Positions 27,308-38,114 of a stretch of 64,000 nt of DNA are shown here, piece by piece. The translations under genes were made by a program, and so were the position numbers. The stretch lies in the IMG/VR virus record IMGVR_UViG_3300045988_166360, positions 1 to 64,000 of that record; one strand, 5' to 3'. Origin of the DNA: a virus. Position 1 is the first letter of the stretch. Each line of letters starts with the position of its first letter. Below the pieces are notes generated by a model. The model was not told the DNA's origin and did not search any database. It saw only the letters and a list, made by a program, of their open reading frames with translations.

Positions 27308-29211
27308 TGGAAAGTGCTACTGCTTTGTCTCTCCCGAAGGTGCCTGGCTATGACATGGAGATTACGGAGGACCAGACGAAACTGGCGGGCCCTGTCCTTG
27401 CGATTGACTTTGAAACTTTTTATGAAGGGGAATATTCCCTTAAACGAATGGACCCCCGGTCCTATTGCACCCACGAGAAGTTTGACGCATATGTCATGTC
27501 GGCCTACGATGGGAAGTATTGCTGGGTGGGGCATCCTAAAGAGTTTAACTGGGCAGAAACCACCAGAGATAAAATCATTGTTTCTTTCAACGCCAGCTTC
27601 GACTACGCCGTTTACCTGTTTGGACTGAAAGCCCCCGGAAGCCACGGAATCCCCTGTACCCCCGGATTCCGCACACCCTTCACTGCCTGGCTCTGTTCAC
27701 GCGCGGCCTCCAATTATCTGTCCATATATGGCTCACTGTCGGAGATAGTGCTTCGTTTATGGAACATTGCGGTCAGCAAGGAAGTCCGGGCCAGGGCAGA
27801 GGGCATCGACTTCCGTACCCTGGATGCGATTCCCGAAGATATGAAGGAATACGTGGCGGGCGACTCCTACTACTGTTACGCTGTCTGGGACAAGTTTGAG
27901 CGTTTCTGGCCGGAGCATGAACGCGAGTGTTGGCTGAACACCTGCATCATGGGATGGAGGGGCGTGCCGACCAGCCGCGCGGCTGTTGAGGAAGGACTGG
28001 AACTGCTGAAGGAGGCAAGGGAACAGTATAAGGAAGCCATCCCCCTGGAAAAGAAACTTTCCCTTCTCCAACTCCGCAAAGCCTGCCAGGATTTAAATAT
28101 CCCCCCTCCTGAAACAACCAGCAAGGCCAGTGAGAAATTTACGGACTGGCTTGAAACTTACGGAAAGCTTATTCCCTGGGTAAGCCTTTTGGGCAAGTAC
28201 CGGAGCGTCAACCGTCTTATTTCTCTGACGGAGCGCATGCTTTCCCGTGTCTATACCGACCATGAAGGGGTGGACCGGATTCCTTACACGCTTACCTACT
28301 GTGGAGCCAGTACGGGACGCTGGACAGCCGGAGGTGACAAATTAAACCTGCAACAGCTTAACCGGGATAAGGTTGGGGAGTTTAGCCAGCGGGAACTTAT
28401 TCAGGCACCTCCCGGGTATAAGCTGGTGGTCTGTGACTGGGCCGGGATTGAAGCCCGCCTCACTGCCTGGCTTTGCGGGCAGGAAAAAATTCTTGAAACC
28501 CTCCGCGCAGGTGAAAAGGACATCTATGCCGCTAACGCGAAAGGCTGGGGCCTTATCCCTGATTCGGTGACAGATTTCAAGGCATACTGCAAGGAGACCC
28601 CCGGGCAGGAAAATCTTCGCCAGCATGTGAAAGCCGGGGTGCTTGCCTGTGGTTTCAGTGCGGGATGGTCTGCGATTCAACGCACCAATCCGGGCATGGA
28701 CCGAAACCAGTGCCAGGCCATTGTCGATATGTACCGGAGCCGGAGCCCGGAGGTGGTCGCGTGGTGGCGGGAACTTGACGCACTGGCGGCCCGCGGCTAC
28801 CGGACTCCTTCCCACAGTTTTGCCCTCACCCTGCCCTCCGGGCGAAAGCTGTATTATCGTAACTGTTACAAGAAGCTTATCCAGCCCAAAGACGGGAGGC
28901 GGCCCTACTTCGCAACCTGTGTCAATTTCGGGAAAAAGACTTCCATTGTAAATACTAACCTGTTGAGCAACAACAATATCCAGGCTATTGCCCGCGACCT
29001 GATGGTTCGCGCTTTCAACAGATTCTGCAAGGAATTGCCCGGGGCCAGCCCGTGTCTTCTTGTCCATGACGAAGCTGTGGTTATGGTTCCCGCGGACAGC
29101 GCGGAGGAATACGCACAGCGGATTGAGGAAATCATGGAGGACACTCCCCAATGGGCGAACACCCTGCCTCTCCTTGCCGAACCGGAAATCATGGAGAAGT
29201 ATAGGAAATGA
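27307..29211 (+). CDS. Family A DNA polymerase with 3'-5' exonuclease domain
   Basis: Exo I (LAIDFETF), Exo II (NASFDYAV), pol motif A (DWAGIEARL), motif B (RQHVKAGVLACGFSAG), motif C (LVHDEAVV) in translation. Confidence 0.9.
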   Translation: MESATALSLPKVPGYDMEITEDQTKLAGPVLAIDFETFYEGEYSLKRMDPRSYCTHEKFDAYVMSAYDGKYCWVGHPKEFNWAETTRDKIIVSFNASFDYAVYLFGLKAPGSHGIPCTPGFRTPFTAWLCSRAASNYLSIYGSLSEIVLRLWNIAVSKEVRARAEGIDFRTLDAIPEDMKEYVAGDSYYCYAVWDKFERFWPEHERECWLNTCIMGWRGVPTSRAAVEEGLELLKEAREQYKEAIPLEKKLSLLQLRKACQDLNIPPPETTSKASEKFTDWLETYGKLIPWVSLLGKYRSVNRLISLTERMLSRVYTDHEGVDRIPYTLTYCGASTGRWTAGGDKLNLQQLNRDKVGEFSQRELIQAPPGYKLVVCDWAGIEARLTAWLCGQEKILETLRAGEKDIYAANAKGWGLIPDSVTDFKAYCKETPGQENLRQHVKAGVLACGFSAGWSAIQRTNPGMDRNQCQAIVDMYRSRSPEVVAWWRELDALAARGYRTPSHSFALTLPSGRKLYYRNCYKKLIQPKDGRRPYFATCVNFGKKTSIVNTNLLSNNNIQAIARDLMVRAFNRFCKELPGASPCLLVHDEAVVMVPADSAEEYAQRIEEIMEDTPQWANTLPLLAEPEIMEKYRK

Positions 29212-30572
29212 GCTGTCCTCTTAAACCATACCCGCCCCAGGTGGAGTGCATTGATGCCATGGTCAGGGCATTACGTGCCCGCGGCTTTGTTATCAACAAG
29301 TCCTGCACCGGGACGGGGAAGACTCTTGTCACTATCGAAACGGCCCGCATCCTGGGCCTCCGTCCTCTGGTTGTCTGTCCTGCCATTGTTGTCACCCAGT
29401 GGAAACGTGCCATGGAGGCGCAGGGTGTAGTTGATGCGGGCATCTATTCCTGGGAGAAAATCCGCAGGGGTAACACACCGTTTTACTCCAAGCCTCCACG
29501 GATTCCCCGTAGCCGTGTAGCCCTTGGCAGATGGACCCTTCCCGACAATTCGGTCCTTGTCCTGGATGAAAGCCACAAGGCCAAGACCTACCGGAGCCAG
29601 AGCAACATCATGGCATTGTCTGCCGCGGTCCAGAAGATTCCCTCCATCCTGCTTTCGGCCACTCCGTTCATTACCCCGTTGGACATGAGCGTCCCGGCAA
29701 CCTATGCCGGATGGATTAGGGACCCCCGGATTGGTTTCTGGATGTGGGCTGGACAGCAAGGATGTACCGAGTCTTTCTGGGGTGGATTGGAATTTAAGTT
29801 ATCCACTAGAACTCAATCCCTTATGGAGAACTTGAAACGTAAGCTGTTCGACGCGGGCGTTATGACGGAGATTGACAGGGAAAAGCTTGACACATTCTTT
29901 CCGAAAAACCGTATTGAATATCTGTCCGTAGACGTGGAGGTAGGGGGCATGAAAAGGATTAAGGCATTGCAGAAAGCCCTGGACAAGCTGGATAATGCCT
30001 GGGCCGAAAGCATTGAGCGAGCCAGTGAGAACGGTGTTGAACTTCCTGCGATAGTGGAGTTGCTTCGTCTTCGCCAGCAGTCGGAGCTCGCCAAGCTTCC
30101 CACAATGGCAGAAAAGGCGGTGGAGCTGTTGGAAAGCGGATATAGTGTCGCCATCTTTGTTTCGTTCCTTGACAGCATACAGACCCTTTCGGAGCTTATC
30201 TGTCAGAAAGCGGAGAAAGAAATGTTGTTTTCCGAAATCAGCGGAAGACTGACCGGAACGGAGAGGCAGGAGGAAGTTGATAAGTTTCAATCAAATAGAA
30301 CCCGTGTCGCTCTGGTTCAGATTAGCGCGGGCGGGACCGGAGTATCCCTCCATGACACGGATGGCAATTTCCCCCGGGCCGCTCTTATCTCTCCTGACTA
30401 CTCTATTCAAAATCTGTTGCAGGCCCAGGGGCGTATTGCCCGGTTGGGGGCCCGGTCCTCCACCATTCAATATATCGTGACTGCCGCGGATACCGTGGAA
30501 GAAAAAATCATTAAAGCACTCAACACTAAGGAAATTTGTTTTAACTCCCTTACACTCAATGACAGCGAATAA
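29208..30572 (+). CDS. SNF2/DEAD-DEAH-box family helicase
   Basis: Walker A CTGTGKT, DEAH-like LVLDESHKAK, motif VI QAQGRIARLG. Confidence 0.85.
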   Translation: MSCPLKPYPPQVECIDAMVRALRARGFVINKSCTGTGKTLVTIETARILGLRPLVVCPAIVVTQWKRAMEAQGVVDAGIYSWEKIRRGNTPFYSKPPRIPRSRVALGRWTLPDNSVLVLDESHKAKTYRSQSNIMALSAAVQKIPSILLSATPFITPLDMSVPATYAGWIRDPRIGFWMWAGQQGCTESFWGGLEFKLSTRTQSLMENLKRKLFDAGVMTEIDREKLDTFFPKNRIEYLSVDVEVGGMKRIKALQKALDKLDNAWAESIERASENGVELPAIVELLRLRQQSELAKLPTMAEKAVELLESGYSVAIFVSFLDSIQTLSELICQKAEKEMLFSEISGRLTGTERQEEVDKFQSNRTRVALVQISAGGTGVSLHDTDGNFPRAALISPDYSIQNLLQAQGRIARLGARSSTIQYIVTAADTVEEKIIKALNTKEICFNSLTLNDSE

Positions 30573-31794
30573 TAAAGTACCAGCGGATAATTCCGCGGAC
30601 ACTCACAGTAAATACAGCCCGAGTTCGATTGCCATGCTCGCAACCTGTCCGGGATATATTCCCCGCCCTATGACACAGGATGAAGAAGAGGATGAATTTT
30701 CCCCCTCTGCCGTGGGCACCCGAGTCCACGGAGCCCTGGAAACCCAGAACCCGGATATGCTTTTAACCCGGCATGAGCGTTCCCTTTATAACGCGGCCAA
30801 CAATATGCTGGGCATTTTGCGGGAAATGTTTACCAAAGAGGTGGGAACTGCGGAGTTCGAAGCACTGCCCGAACACAAGTTCCCCGGTATCCGTTTTAAC
30901 CCGGATGACCCGGAACAGACGGGGACTGCCGACGTTTTATTCCGACATGGAAATACCTCTATGATTGTGGACTACAAGATGGGCATTGTGCCCGTGTCCA
31001 ACCCCGAGGTTAATAGTCAGTTTATTTATTATGGGTTGTTGGAATTTGCAGAACGCCCTGAATGTGAAAGGATTATACTTGCAGTAATTCAACCGAGCCA
31101 GCAGGATGCGCTTAAGACCGCCGCCTTCTACCGGACGAAGGAATCACCGACATTTTCTTCCGACATGCCCACGGTATCCATGGATGCCGTGGAAGCCGTG
31201 GAATCCGTGGCTTCCGTGATTATGCGCCGCTGTAGGGATGCGGATAATCCGTATGCCTATTCTTCGTCGCCTCATGTCTGTCCCTACTGTGACCGACTGG
31301 CGACTTGTAAGAAGATTACCAGCATGGCCAGGAACTTCTCCCTTAAAGTATTGAAGGATAAGGAGTTAGCGGAAGGCATGATTGATAGTGTCGGGTCTGC
31401 CATGGATAACCCGGAAACCCTGGGTTCCCTTCTTTCCTTTGCAAGCATTATCAGCGAGGCGAATAAGGTGCATAAGGATTATGCCAAAACCCTGTTCTCC
31501 TGTGGGGTGGATGTCCCCGGCTGGAAGTACGCGAGCCGGGGAAGCACCGTTAAGGTGGACAATGATTCCTTCCGTGCCTACGTGGAACAATTTTTATCTC
31601 CGGAGGATATTCTGGACAACATATCCAGGCTCCCAGTCATGAAACTCCTGGACCTTCTGTTGGAGAAGTCCATGGAATCCGGGGTTTCCGGGAAGGATAA
31701 GAAGGCCGCTAAGGAATTACTGTTGAAGGAATTACAGGACCTGGGCATTGTACGTGAGGTGAAAGGCGCAATGGCTCTGTTAAAAATGAAATGA
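30559..31794 (+). CDS. PD-(D/E)XK nuclease of the Cas4/RecB-like family (phage exonuclease)
   Basis: DVLFRHGNTSMIVDYKMG core (D...D/E.K) and C-terminal Cys cluster CPYCDRLATC typical of Cas4-like FeS nucleases; alternative start at 30634. Confidence 0.6.
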   Translation: MTANNKVPADNSADTHSKYSPSSIAMLATCPGYIPRPMTQDEEEDEFSPSAVGTRVHGALETQNPDMLLTRHERSLYNAANNMLGILREMFTKEVGTAEFEALPEHKFPGIRFNPDDPEQTGTADVLFRHGNTSMIVDYKMGIVPVSNPEVNSQFIYYGLLEFAERPECERIILAVIQPSQQDALKTAAFYRTKESPTFSSDMPTVSMDAVEAVESVASVIMRRCRDADNPYAYSSSPHVCPYCDRLATCKKITSMARNFSLKVLKDKELAEGMIDSVGSAMDNPETLGSLLSFASIISEANKVHKDYAKTLFSCGVDVPGWKYASRGSTVKVDNDSFRAYVEQFLSPEDILDNISRLPVMKLLDLLLEKSMESGVSGKDKKAAKELLLKELQDLGIVREVKGAMALLKMK

Positions 31795-31908
31795 AAAATT
31801 GTTGACATTAGCGGAGATTCTGCTAAGGTTCCCCGCGTCGAGAGGTTAAGGGGGCGGTTCACTCGCTAAAGAAATTCCCCCGCATAGAATATAAGAATAC
31901 TTGAATAT

Positions 31909-32670
31909 ATGGCTACTGTAAGAAAATCTAATGACCCGGACATGCAGGATGAAGCTCTTGATTTGATGGAATGTCCTCGACAGGAGTTGGCTTCTATTAA
32001 CAACTATCAGTCTTTTGAAGGCGAAACGGATGCTTCCGACATCCAGATTCCTTATCTTAAACTGTGGCAAGCCTCTAGTGAGGAAGCTAAACTGGACAAC
32101 CCTGTAGGAAGTTTGGGTGCCTTTCTTCTCAACGGTCTCGTTGTCGCCGAGCGCAATAATCCCCTGGAATGTATTGTGCTGAAAGCTAAAAAGTGTTATC
32201 GGGAATTCATTCCTTTCAACGAGCGTCAGCCGGGAGTTTTTGCCAAGACCTGGAACACCAAGGAGGAATATGAGGCCGAAGGTTTTACCAAGGAACAGGT
32301 TAACCGCGCCCTGGCCATGTGGCTTCTGATTAAGAAGCCCGAAGGGATTAAGGATGCCTCTACTACCCAGGATGACCTTGATGCTCTCTTCACGATTGAC
32401 TTCATGGGCGACCAGTGGACCCTGGCCCGTTACACGCCGGAAGGCAACCAGTATACGGGTGTTGGTGCACCCTTCATCCAGTTCATGATGCTGAAAGGTG
32501 CCAAGACTGGTTCCCTTGCCTACCGTGTCCAGATTGGAGCACAGAGGGCGGTAAGCCGTGACGGCAAGCACAGCTACGCGAAAGCTTACCTTAAGTTCAA
32601 ACCCCATCCCGTGGAGGGCCAGGTGGAGGCTATTCAGGAGATGGGCCTCTTGTCCGCTGTGACCCAGTAG
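31909..32670 (+). CDS. Hypothetical protein (253 aa), position suggests a ssDNA-binding or annealing partner of the nuclease
   Basis: ORF between nuclease and resolvase; no motif recognised. Confidence 0.5.
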   Translation: MATVRKSNDPDMQDEALDLMECPRQELASINNYQSFEGETDASDIQIPYLKLWQASSEEAKLDNPVGSLGAFLLNGLVVAERNNPLECIVLKAKKCYREFIPFNERQPGVFAKTWNTKEEYEAEGFTKEQVNRALAMWLLIKKPEGIKDASTTQDDLDALFTIDFMGDQWTLARYTPEGNQYTGVGAPFIQFMMLKGAKTGSLAYRVQIGAQRAVSRDGKHSYAKAYLKFKPHPVEGQVEAIQEMGLLSAVTQ

Positions 32671-32802
32671 CCGATTTTCCCATCGACTTCGCTATTGTAT
32701 AATTGTTTTTGCTATTGGTTCTTGTACCCCCGCCCCGTTGGGAAACGCGGCGGGGGTTTTCTTTGCGCTTGACTCAGACATGTTTCTCCGGTATATTCCC
32801 GA

Positions 32803-33318
32803 ATGCAACTGGTAGCATGTGACCCCGGTGTCCACGGAGCCCTCGCTCTCGCGGATACCCGGCAAAAAAAAATATATGTGCAAAATATGCCGGAAGATAC
32901 TCGTGAACTGGAAGGGCTCCTGAACAAGCTACCCAGTCAAGGCGACCGCAGGCTTGTGATTGAGAAAATGAGCTATGCCATGAGTGGAGGCGGCAAGGTG
33001 AGCAATCCCCGAAGTTCCGGGCTCCTGGGTTATGCTACTGGGCGCGTTGTCGGATATGCCCTTGCCAGTGGTTACGAATTGACGGAAGTCCCCCCTGTCA
33101 AGTGGATGAGGGCTGTTGGAGCTTATGACAGCGGCCTTACCGCAAGGGACAGGACCCGATGGAAGAATAATCTGAAACAGATAGCTATTGAGAATTTCCC
33201 CGGAGTTAAGGTGACGCTACAGAATGCGGATGCCCTGCTCATCCTCCTGTGGGCTTTCCGTGAATTCAGCGGAGACCACAGTCTTACCATGGGCTCCTGG
33301 GAGATAGCCCGAATTTGA
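32803..33318 (+). CDS. RuvC-like Holliday junction resolvase
   Basis: N-terminal LVACDPGVHGALALAD and C-terminal DALLILLWA acidic motifs match the RuvC fold family. Confidence 0.65.
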   Translation: MQLVACDPGVHGALALADTRQKKIYVQNMPEDTRELEGLLNKLPSQGDRRLVIEKMSYAMSGGGKVSNPRSSGLLGYATGRVVGYALASGYELTEVPPVKWMRAVGAYDSGLTARDRTRWKNNLKQIAIENFPGVKVTLQNADALLILLWAFREFSGDHSLTMGSWEIARI

Positions 33319-33321
33319 AAC

Positions 33322-35157
33322 ATGGCCAGACATTTTACACGCTATGGGAGGCAATGGGAATTTGGAACCTCCGACCTGGATATTGAGCTTTGGTGCTTCA
33401 AATATGACTGGCCTGTAGAGAAAGGCGGCCTGGGACGGTACGGTCACGCGCATCACGCCATTGACTTGTTGTGGAATTATGAAGGGAGCCCCACACCTAT
33501 TATCTGGACCCCCTGGCTGGAACAGATGATTGAGACTGCATCCGTGCACGACGTATGTATTATGGGCGGCGGTTCTTCCAGCGGCAAGTCCCTGTCCATG
33601 GCTATCATGGCGTTGCTTTATTATCTTGCGGACCCCATTGATACTTTATGCCTTGTCACTTCTACAACTATTGAAGGCGCGAAAAAACGTATCTTCAAGG
33701 ATATTAAGAGGTTGTGGAGACAGGAATTTCCTGGACGGCTTGTTGATGGCAAGGGCCAGATTAAAGGCATCAATGAGGAAGGAAAGATTGATGATTCCCG
33801 CGGCATTGCCATTATTCCCTGTGCCAACGTAGGAGACCCGAGTTCCCGGTTCATTGGTATTAAAGCCAAGAATATGCACGTATTTTATGACGAGCTGTCG
33901 GAGCTTCCTATTGAATTGGTGGATGTTTGGAGGACCAACCTCATCACCAACCGTTCGGACACGCCTCCCACCCTGATGGCCGCGTCCAACCCCAAAAGCC
34001 GGACGGATGCTTTTGGGGTAATGGCTATGCCTAAAGATGGGTGGAACTCCGTGGATATTTTTGAAGAATATTCCTGGGAAACCCGCGACGGAATCTATAT
34101 CCGGTTTGATAATACCCAGAACCCGCGGATTAAATATCAGCGTGAGGATTGGAGTTTTTATACTCCTTTGAGTATTATCCAGCAAACTATTGACCAGTAT
34201 GGCGAGAACAGCCCGTTTGTCATGCGGTTCCATAAAGCCACTTTTTCTGATGATACGGAAGAAGGGGCTCTTTTGTCAGAAGCGGAAATTTATGGAAGCG
34301 GAGCCGATGCCATGCCTGTCTGGGGAGATGGAGAGCTTGTCACTATTGCAGGTCTTGACCCGGCCTATACTAACGGAGGCGACCAAACCTGCCTTAAGTT
34401 TGCGAAAGTAGGAAAGACGGTTGAAGGTCTTTGGGCTTGCGCGGTGACTCATACCTACCTGCTTAAATCTACTAAAGCCAAGGAAAAGCTGAGGCAACGA
34501 AACTTTGATATTGCCCAACAGGTAGGCGAGCTCCTGCGTGCCCATAATGTTCAAAGTAAATATCTGGCCGTTGACGTGACCGGAGGTACGGGTTTTATTG
34601 ATATTCTTGCCCAGCATGTGGGCACAGACTTCCAGACGGTAAGCTTTGCTGGAAAGGCAAGCAGTGTCCCTCTGGGCCTGCTTCAAAACCAGGAGGCATG
34701 CCAGCAGTATTCCAACAAGGTTTCTGAGTTGTGGGGTTGTGTCAAGTTGGCCATCAACGCCCGTCAGCTGTATGGGCTTGACCCGACAACGATTGTCGAA
34801 TTGAAGTCCCGGCTTTACACTATGAATGGAACCCGTATATCCATTGAACCCAAGGTAGCCATGAAGAAAAGAATCCACAAATCCCCGGATAACGCGGATG
34901 CGTTGGCTCTTATAGTACACGTCTGCCGGGGAATCATGGGACCTGACTTCGGTAAAATACGGCTTGACATCCAGAACCAGCAAGTGGTAAAACATGAAGA
35001 AGTTATCAAATATCGAACGGACGGCACCGCGTATATCGAAGCCCGGGATATTGGAAGGTATCTTGGCGGGTTTACTCCCGCGACTTCTGAAGACCGCCCG
35101 TTACAAGATGATTTTCGTGAAGAAGTGAATCAGGCAATGAGTATGTTATGGACCTAA
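33322..35157 (+). CDS. terL: Terminase large subunit
   Basis: Walker A-like IMGGGSSSGKS, ATPase coupling and C-terminal nuclease (VDVTGGTGFIDIL); size 611 aa. Confidence 0.8.
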   Translation: MARHFTRYGRQWEFGTSDLDIELWCFKYDWPVEKGGLGRYGHAHHAIDLLWNYEGSPTPIIWTPWLEQMIETASVHDVCIMGGGSSSGKSLSMAIMALLYYLADPIDTLCLVTSTTIEGAKKRIFKDIKRLWRQEFPGRLVDGKGQIKGINEEGKIDDSRGIAIIPCANVGDPSSRFIGIKAKNMHVFYDELSELPIELVDVWRTNLITNRSDTPPTLMAASNPKSRTDAFGVMAMPKDGWNSVDIFEEYSWETRDGIYIRFDNTQNPRIKYQREDWSFYTPLSIIQQTIDQYGENSPFVMRFHKATFSDDTEEGALLSEAEIYGSGADAMPVWGDGELVTIAGLDPAYTNGGDQTCLKFAKVGKTVEGLWACAVTHTYLLKSTKAKEKLRQRNFDIAQQVGELLRAHNVQSKYLAVDVTGGTGFIDILAQHVGTDFQTVSFAGKASSVPLGLLQNQEACQQYSNKVSELWGCVKLAINARQLYGLDPTTIVELKSRLYTMNGTRISIEPKVAMKKRIHKSPDNADALALIVHVCRGIMGPDFGKIRLDIQNQQVVKHEEVIKYRTDGTAYIEARDIGRYLGGFTPATSEDRPLQDDFREEVNQAMSMLWT

Positions 35158-35822
35158 AGAGCGCGTCACAAAACACTATCGCACCCGTCACTGCGGACTG
35201 CAATTGGCAAAACACGTTGTACCGCAAGGTGTTGGACATGTATAAAGCCGGAGCCCCGATATCTGTTATTTCGGAAATAACAGGATTGCCGGAGGATAAG
35301 ATTAACAAGCTGGTGGACCAGGTGCAACTTTCCCGGGAAGAATTAACCATCCGAAACCAGCTTCTCAACAGCTATACTCAAAACACTCAAGCCCGCATCC
35401 TGAAACGCCAGGAAGCTCGAACCAATATTGAGCTCAATATTGTAGAGAACATGAGTGAGCAGTATAAAGACCTGATGAACAGCGGGTTTAAGAAGGTGGC
35501 CAGCTTTATGGCAGACGCGGATATTTCGTCCCTTAAAGAAGTCCCTATGTTCTTGTCCATCATGGAACGGAGCCACGACCTGTGGGAACGGTTTAACGAA
35601 GCTATTGCCAAGCGTGACATGGATATGTTGGCTACGGTAATTAAACAGTTTGAGCTTGAGCAGACGGAGACGATTACCCAAATGGGGTTGCAGGGAGGCC
35701 CTATTGTTCTCAATAAAGACGGAACCCGGCCAGAGCTTAAGGAGGACAGTGCCAGCCGCACCATTACGCTCAAACTTAAAAAGAAGGGTGTAAAACCGGA
35801 AGAGGACCCGAATAATCGTTGA
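35148..35822 (+). CDS. Hypothetical protein with N-terminal helix-turn-helix (ISVISEITGLPEDKINKLV); possible small terminase or DNA-binding protein
   Basis: ORF overlapping terL stop; HTH-like segment. Confidence 0.45.
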   Translation: MDLKSASQNTIAPVTADCNWQNTLYRKVLDMYKAGAPISVISEITGLPEDKINKLVDQVQLSREELTIRNQLLNSYTQNTQARILKRQEARTNIELNIVENMSEQYKDLMNSGFKKVASFMADADISSLKEVPMFLSIMERSHDLWERFNEAIAKRDMDMLATVIKQFELEQTETITQMGLQGGPIVLNKDGTRPELKEDSASRTITLKLKKKGVKPEEDPNNR

Positions 35823-35846
35823 CATTTTTGATAAGGTTGTTATAGT
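35819..35846 (+). promoter_or_regulatory. Sigma70-like promoter TTGACA-N16-TATAGT; the ATG at 35854 is 7 nt after the -10, which predicts a leaderless mRNA
   Basis: Read directly. Confidence 0.6.
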
Positions 35847-35853
35847 CAGCGGC

Positions 35854-36684
35854 ATGGCTCGAGACGAAAATTTGCAAGAACTCTTCCGTCGATGGACTCC
35901 GGTTACGCTTATCAATCTGCCAGAGGAAATTCAAACTCCTGAAATTTTCCCCGATTACATGGGCCCTGAGAAGGACCCAGCCCCTGTCGGACATGTTAAG
36001 GGCCTTTTGACGGTTTTAGGTTATTCGCATGACCTTAAGAGACCTTACGTAGTTAAATGTGTTTGCGGAAACATTCTTAAGGCTTCGGTTCAGCAGGTCT
36101 CGCTTCAATATAAAATGGCCCAATATCTGTCACAGGACACTCTTTGTTGCGGCTGTTTCTGCCAGATTACGCGCACGGCTTATTTGATTCGCCTTCGGGT
36201 TGAAGCTTTACGTTCCTGGTGCCAGCAGATGGGGTCCTGGCTGGACGACCTCAACACTCTTCGGAGGTATGCCCGGAAATATAAAGTGGAAATCAGTAAG
36301 AATGTTGAACATAGAAAGCCTCTTCGTCAGATAGTGCGGATGGAATATGAGGATGACCCTTTGACTTTTGACCGCAGGGTTGAGCCTAAAATGATTGATG
36401 ACCAGGATATGTTCATGAAACTTATCGCCCCCAGCCCGGAGTATGAAAAATTTCTGAGGGAAATGGCTGATAAATTAGCGCATGAATATGAACCCTGGGC
36501 CGCCATTCCCATGGCAAGCCTTAGTGCGTATGCCAGTTACAAACGGGAATTGCCGGAATTTGATGCGGCCACCTTCATTAACTTTGTCAATTATCTCATT
36601 GACATGGAACAGAATTCAAGTAAAGTTGCTTCATCCGATGGCGAAGAAAACCAAAAAGACAGAAAATCGAAAAAAGGGAGCTAA
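35854..36684 (+). CDS. Hypothetical Cys-rich protein (276 aa)
   Basis: ORF; VKCVCGN...CCGCFCQ motif. Confidence 0.6.
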   Translation: MARDENLQELFRRWTPVTLINLPEEIQTPEIFPDYMGPEKDPAPVGHVKGLLTVLGYSHDLKRPYVVKCVCGNILKASVQQVSLQYKMAQYLSQDTLCCGCFCQITRTAYLIRLRVEALRSWCQQMGSWLDDLNTLRRYARKYKVEISKNVEHRKPLRQIVRMEYEDDPLTFDRRVEPKMIDDQDMFMKLIAPSPEYEKFLREMADKLAHEYEPWAAIPMASLSAYASYKRELPEFDAATFINFVNYLIDMEQNSSKVASSDGEENQKDRKSKKGS

Positions 36685-37192
36685 TCGAAAACCCACTTTA
36701 GGTTCTTCTGAGAATGTTAAGAACTTCCTTTCGGTGGCAAAAGACCCTGCGGTCTGGGACAAAGCCTGGGAATACCGTAATTATTTTCGTTCGTGGGTAA
36801 GCGCGGGCAAGCGTCCCATTTTAGAACCCAGAGGTTTTGAAGTAAATAACCCTCGTTATGATGTGGTTGGTACTCAACACCTTATGTGCCCTAAAGTTGT
36901 CAATAAGCCAGGAGTTCCGCATAAATATTTCCGCTTGTACATGTTTCAAAATTACCCTGGCTTCGTCAACCACATGGGTTCCAGGGAGGACCGCAAGTAC
37001 CCCTACTTCAATTTTTTGATGTATGAGCCTATTGTTGAGGCTCAGTTTTACTTCCGCTGGTATGCGTTCAGCGCATTGATGACCCACAGGGCTTTCAGCA
37101 TCCTGCCTCCGCAGGCAGTCCTGTCCTTAACCCAAGCTTCCGAAATGGACGCTTTAGTATATCCTGAAAACAAACTACACACTGTACTTTAA
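36638..37192 (+). CDS. Hypothetical protein with basic N-terminus (184 aa from internal ATG)
   Basis: ORF 36482..37192 trimmed to first ATG after the upstream gene's coding body. Confidence 0.5.
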   Translation: MAKKTKKTENRKKGANRKPTLGSSENVKNFLSVAKDPAVWDKAWEYRNYFRSWVSAGKRPILEPRGFEVNNPRYDVVGTQHLMCPKVVNKPGVPHKYFRLYMFQNYPGFVNHMGSREDRKYPYFNFLMYEPIVEAQFYFRWYAFSALMTHRAFSILPPQAVLSLTQASEMDALVYPENKLHTVL

Positions 37193-37194
37193 CT

Positions 37195-38109
37195 ATGGCT
37201 ACTATAGTAATCCCGTGTGAGCCTCGCGTGCTGGTCAACGGTACGCGGATTGCTCAAAACCTGCTTGACAGCGTAGCGGCTTCCAGCCGCCCTGACCATG
37301 AAGTCTGGCTTCTGCTTCCGTACCGGGCGAAAGCGGCGGCTGAGCCTATGCTTGACCTGTTGCGAAATCAGTTCCGGGACCTTCGGACTCTGGAACTTCT
37401 CACACCTGTCACTGACCCTTACAAACTGGTGACACATATGTTCGCACGTCTTCATCAGGCACTCACCTATGAAAATAATCTGAATGAACGTCCCATTATT
37501 TGGGTGTCCGAACGCGGCAATGAAACCTTCCTCCCCGGAGCCATTGATGCCCTGGATGCCGCGTTCTTCCGTAAAAAGTGTGACACGGTTGCGGGTAAGT
37601 ATTTTACTATCCCCGCTACGGAAACTTCTGCGGAATCTTTTACCCTGGATGGGACCTTTGTTATGTCCAGCCAACTGGCCAAGATTTATTCCCAGCGGGT
37701 TCCTTATGTTTCCGTGTCCTCTCATTTCCGGCTCTTCCTTGATAAAGTGCTGACGGAAAAATGCTACAACGTAGCGAACTGGGACGAGCTTATTCAAGTG
37801 GGCCCGGTGCCCACTACTGACGGTTTTGTTCTGCCGCAGGAATCAGAGCAAAGCTATGTGACTTCCCCTGTAGAAGTAAGCATTGCCAAATTCAGTGAAG
37901 AAACTGTTAAGATTCTGGGACAGAGCGAACAGACTGGCGGTCCGGTAAAAGCTCGTGAAGACCTTTCGGAAGCGGAAGGATTGAAACCTTCCACCCGTAT
38001 CGTTGTTCCGAAAGCGACCAAGCCCAAGTCTAAAAAAGCGGCTAAGGAAGACGCAGTTACTTCTGACGCAATTAAGCCGGAAGAAGACCCTGAATCCGAA
38101 TTCATTTAA
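37195..38109 (+). CDS. Hypothetical protein (304 aa) with Lys-rich C-terminus
   Basis: ORF. Confidence 0.6.
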   Translation: MATIVIPCEPRVLVNGTRIAQNLLDSVAASSRPDHEVWLLLPYRAKAAAEPMLDLLRNQFRDLRTLELLTPVTDPYKLVTHMFARLHQALTYENNLNERPIIWVSERGNETFLPGAIDALDAAFFRKKCDTVAGKYFTIPATETSAESFTLDGTFVMSSQLAKIYSQRVPYVSVSSHFRLFLDKVLTEKCYNVANWDELIQVGPVPTTDGFVLPQESEQSYVTSPVEVSIAKFSEETVKILGQSEQTGGPVKAREDLSEAEGLKPSTRIVVPKATKPKSKKAAKEDAVTSDAIKPEEDPESEFI

Positions 38110-38114
38110 TCGTT

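Noticed and set aside
36482-36637. Upstream extensions of ORFs 36482..37192, 40345..40707, 50776..51135, 56479..56940 and 26870..27307
   Set aside because: The extensions overlap the coding body of the preceding gene in another frame. All were trimmed to the first ATG that restores a compact, non-overlapping arrangement.
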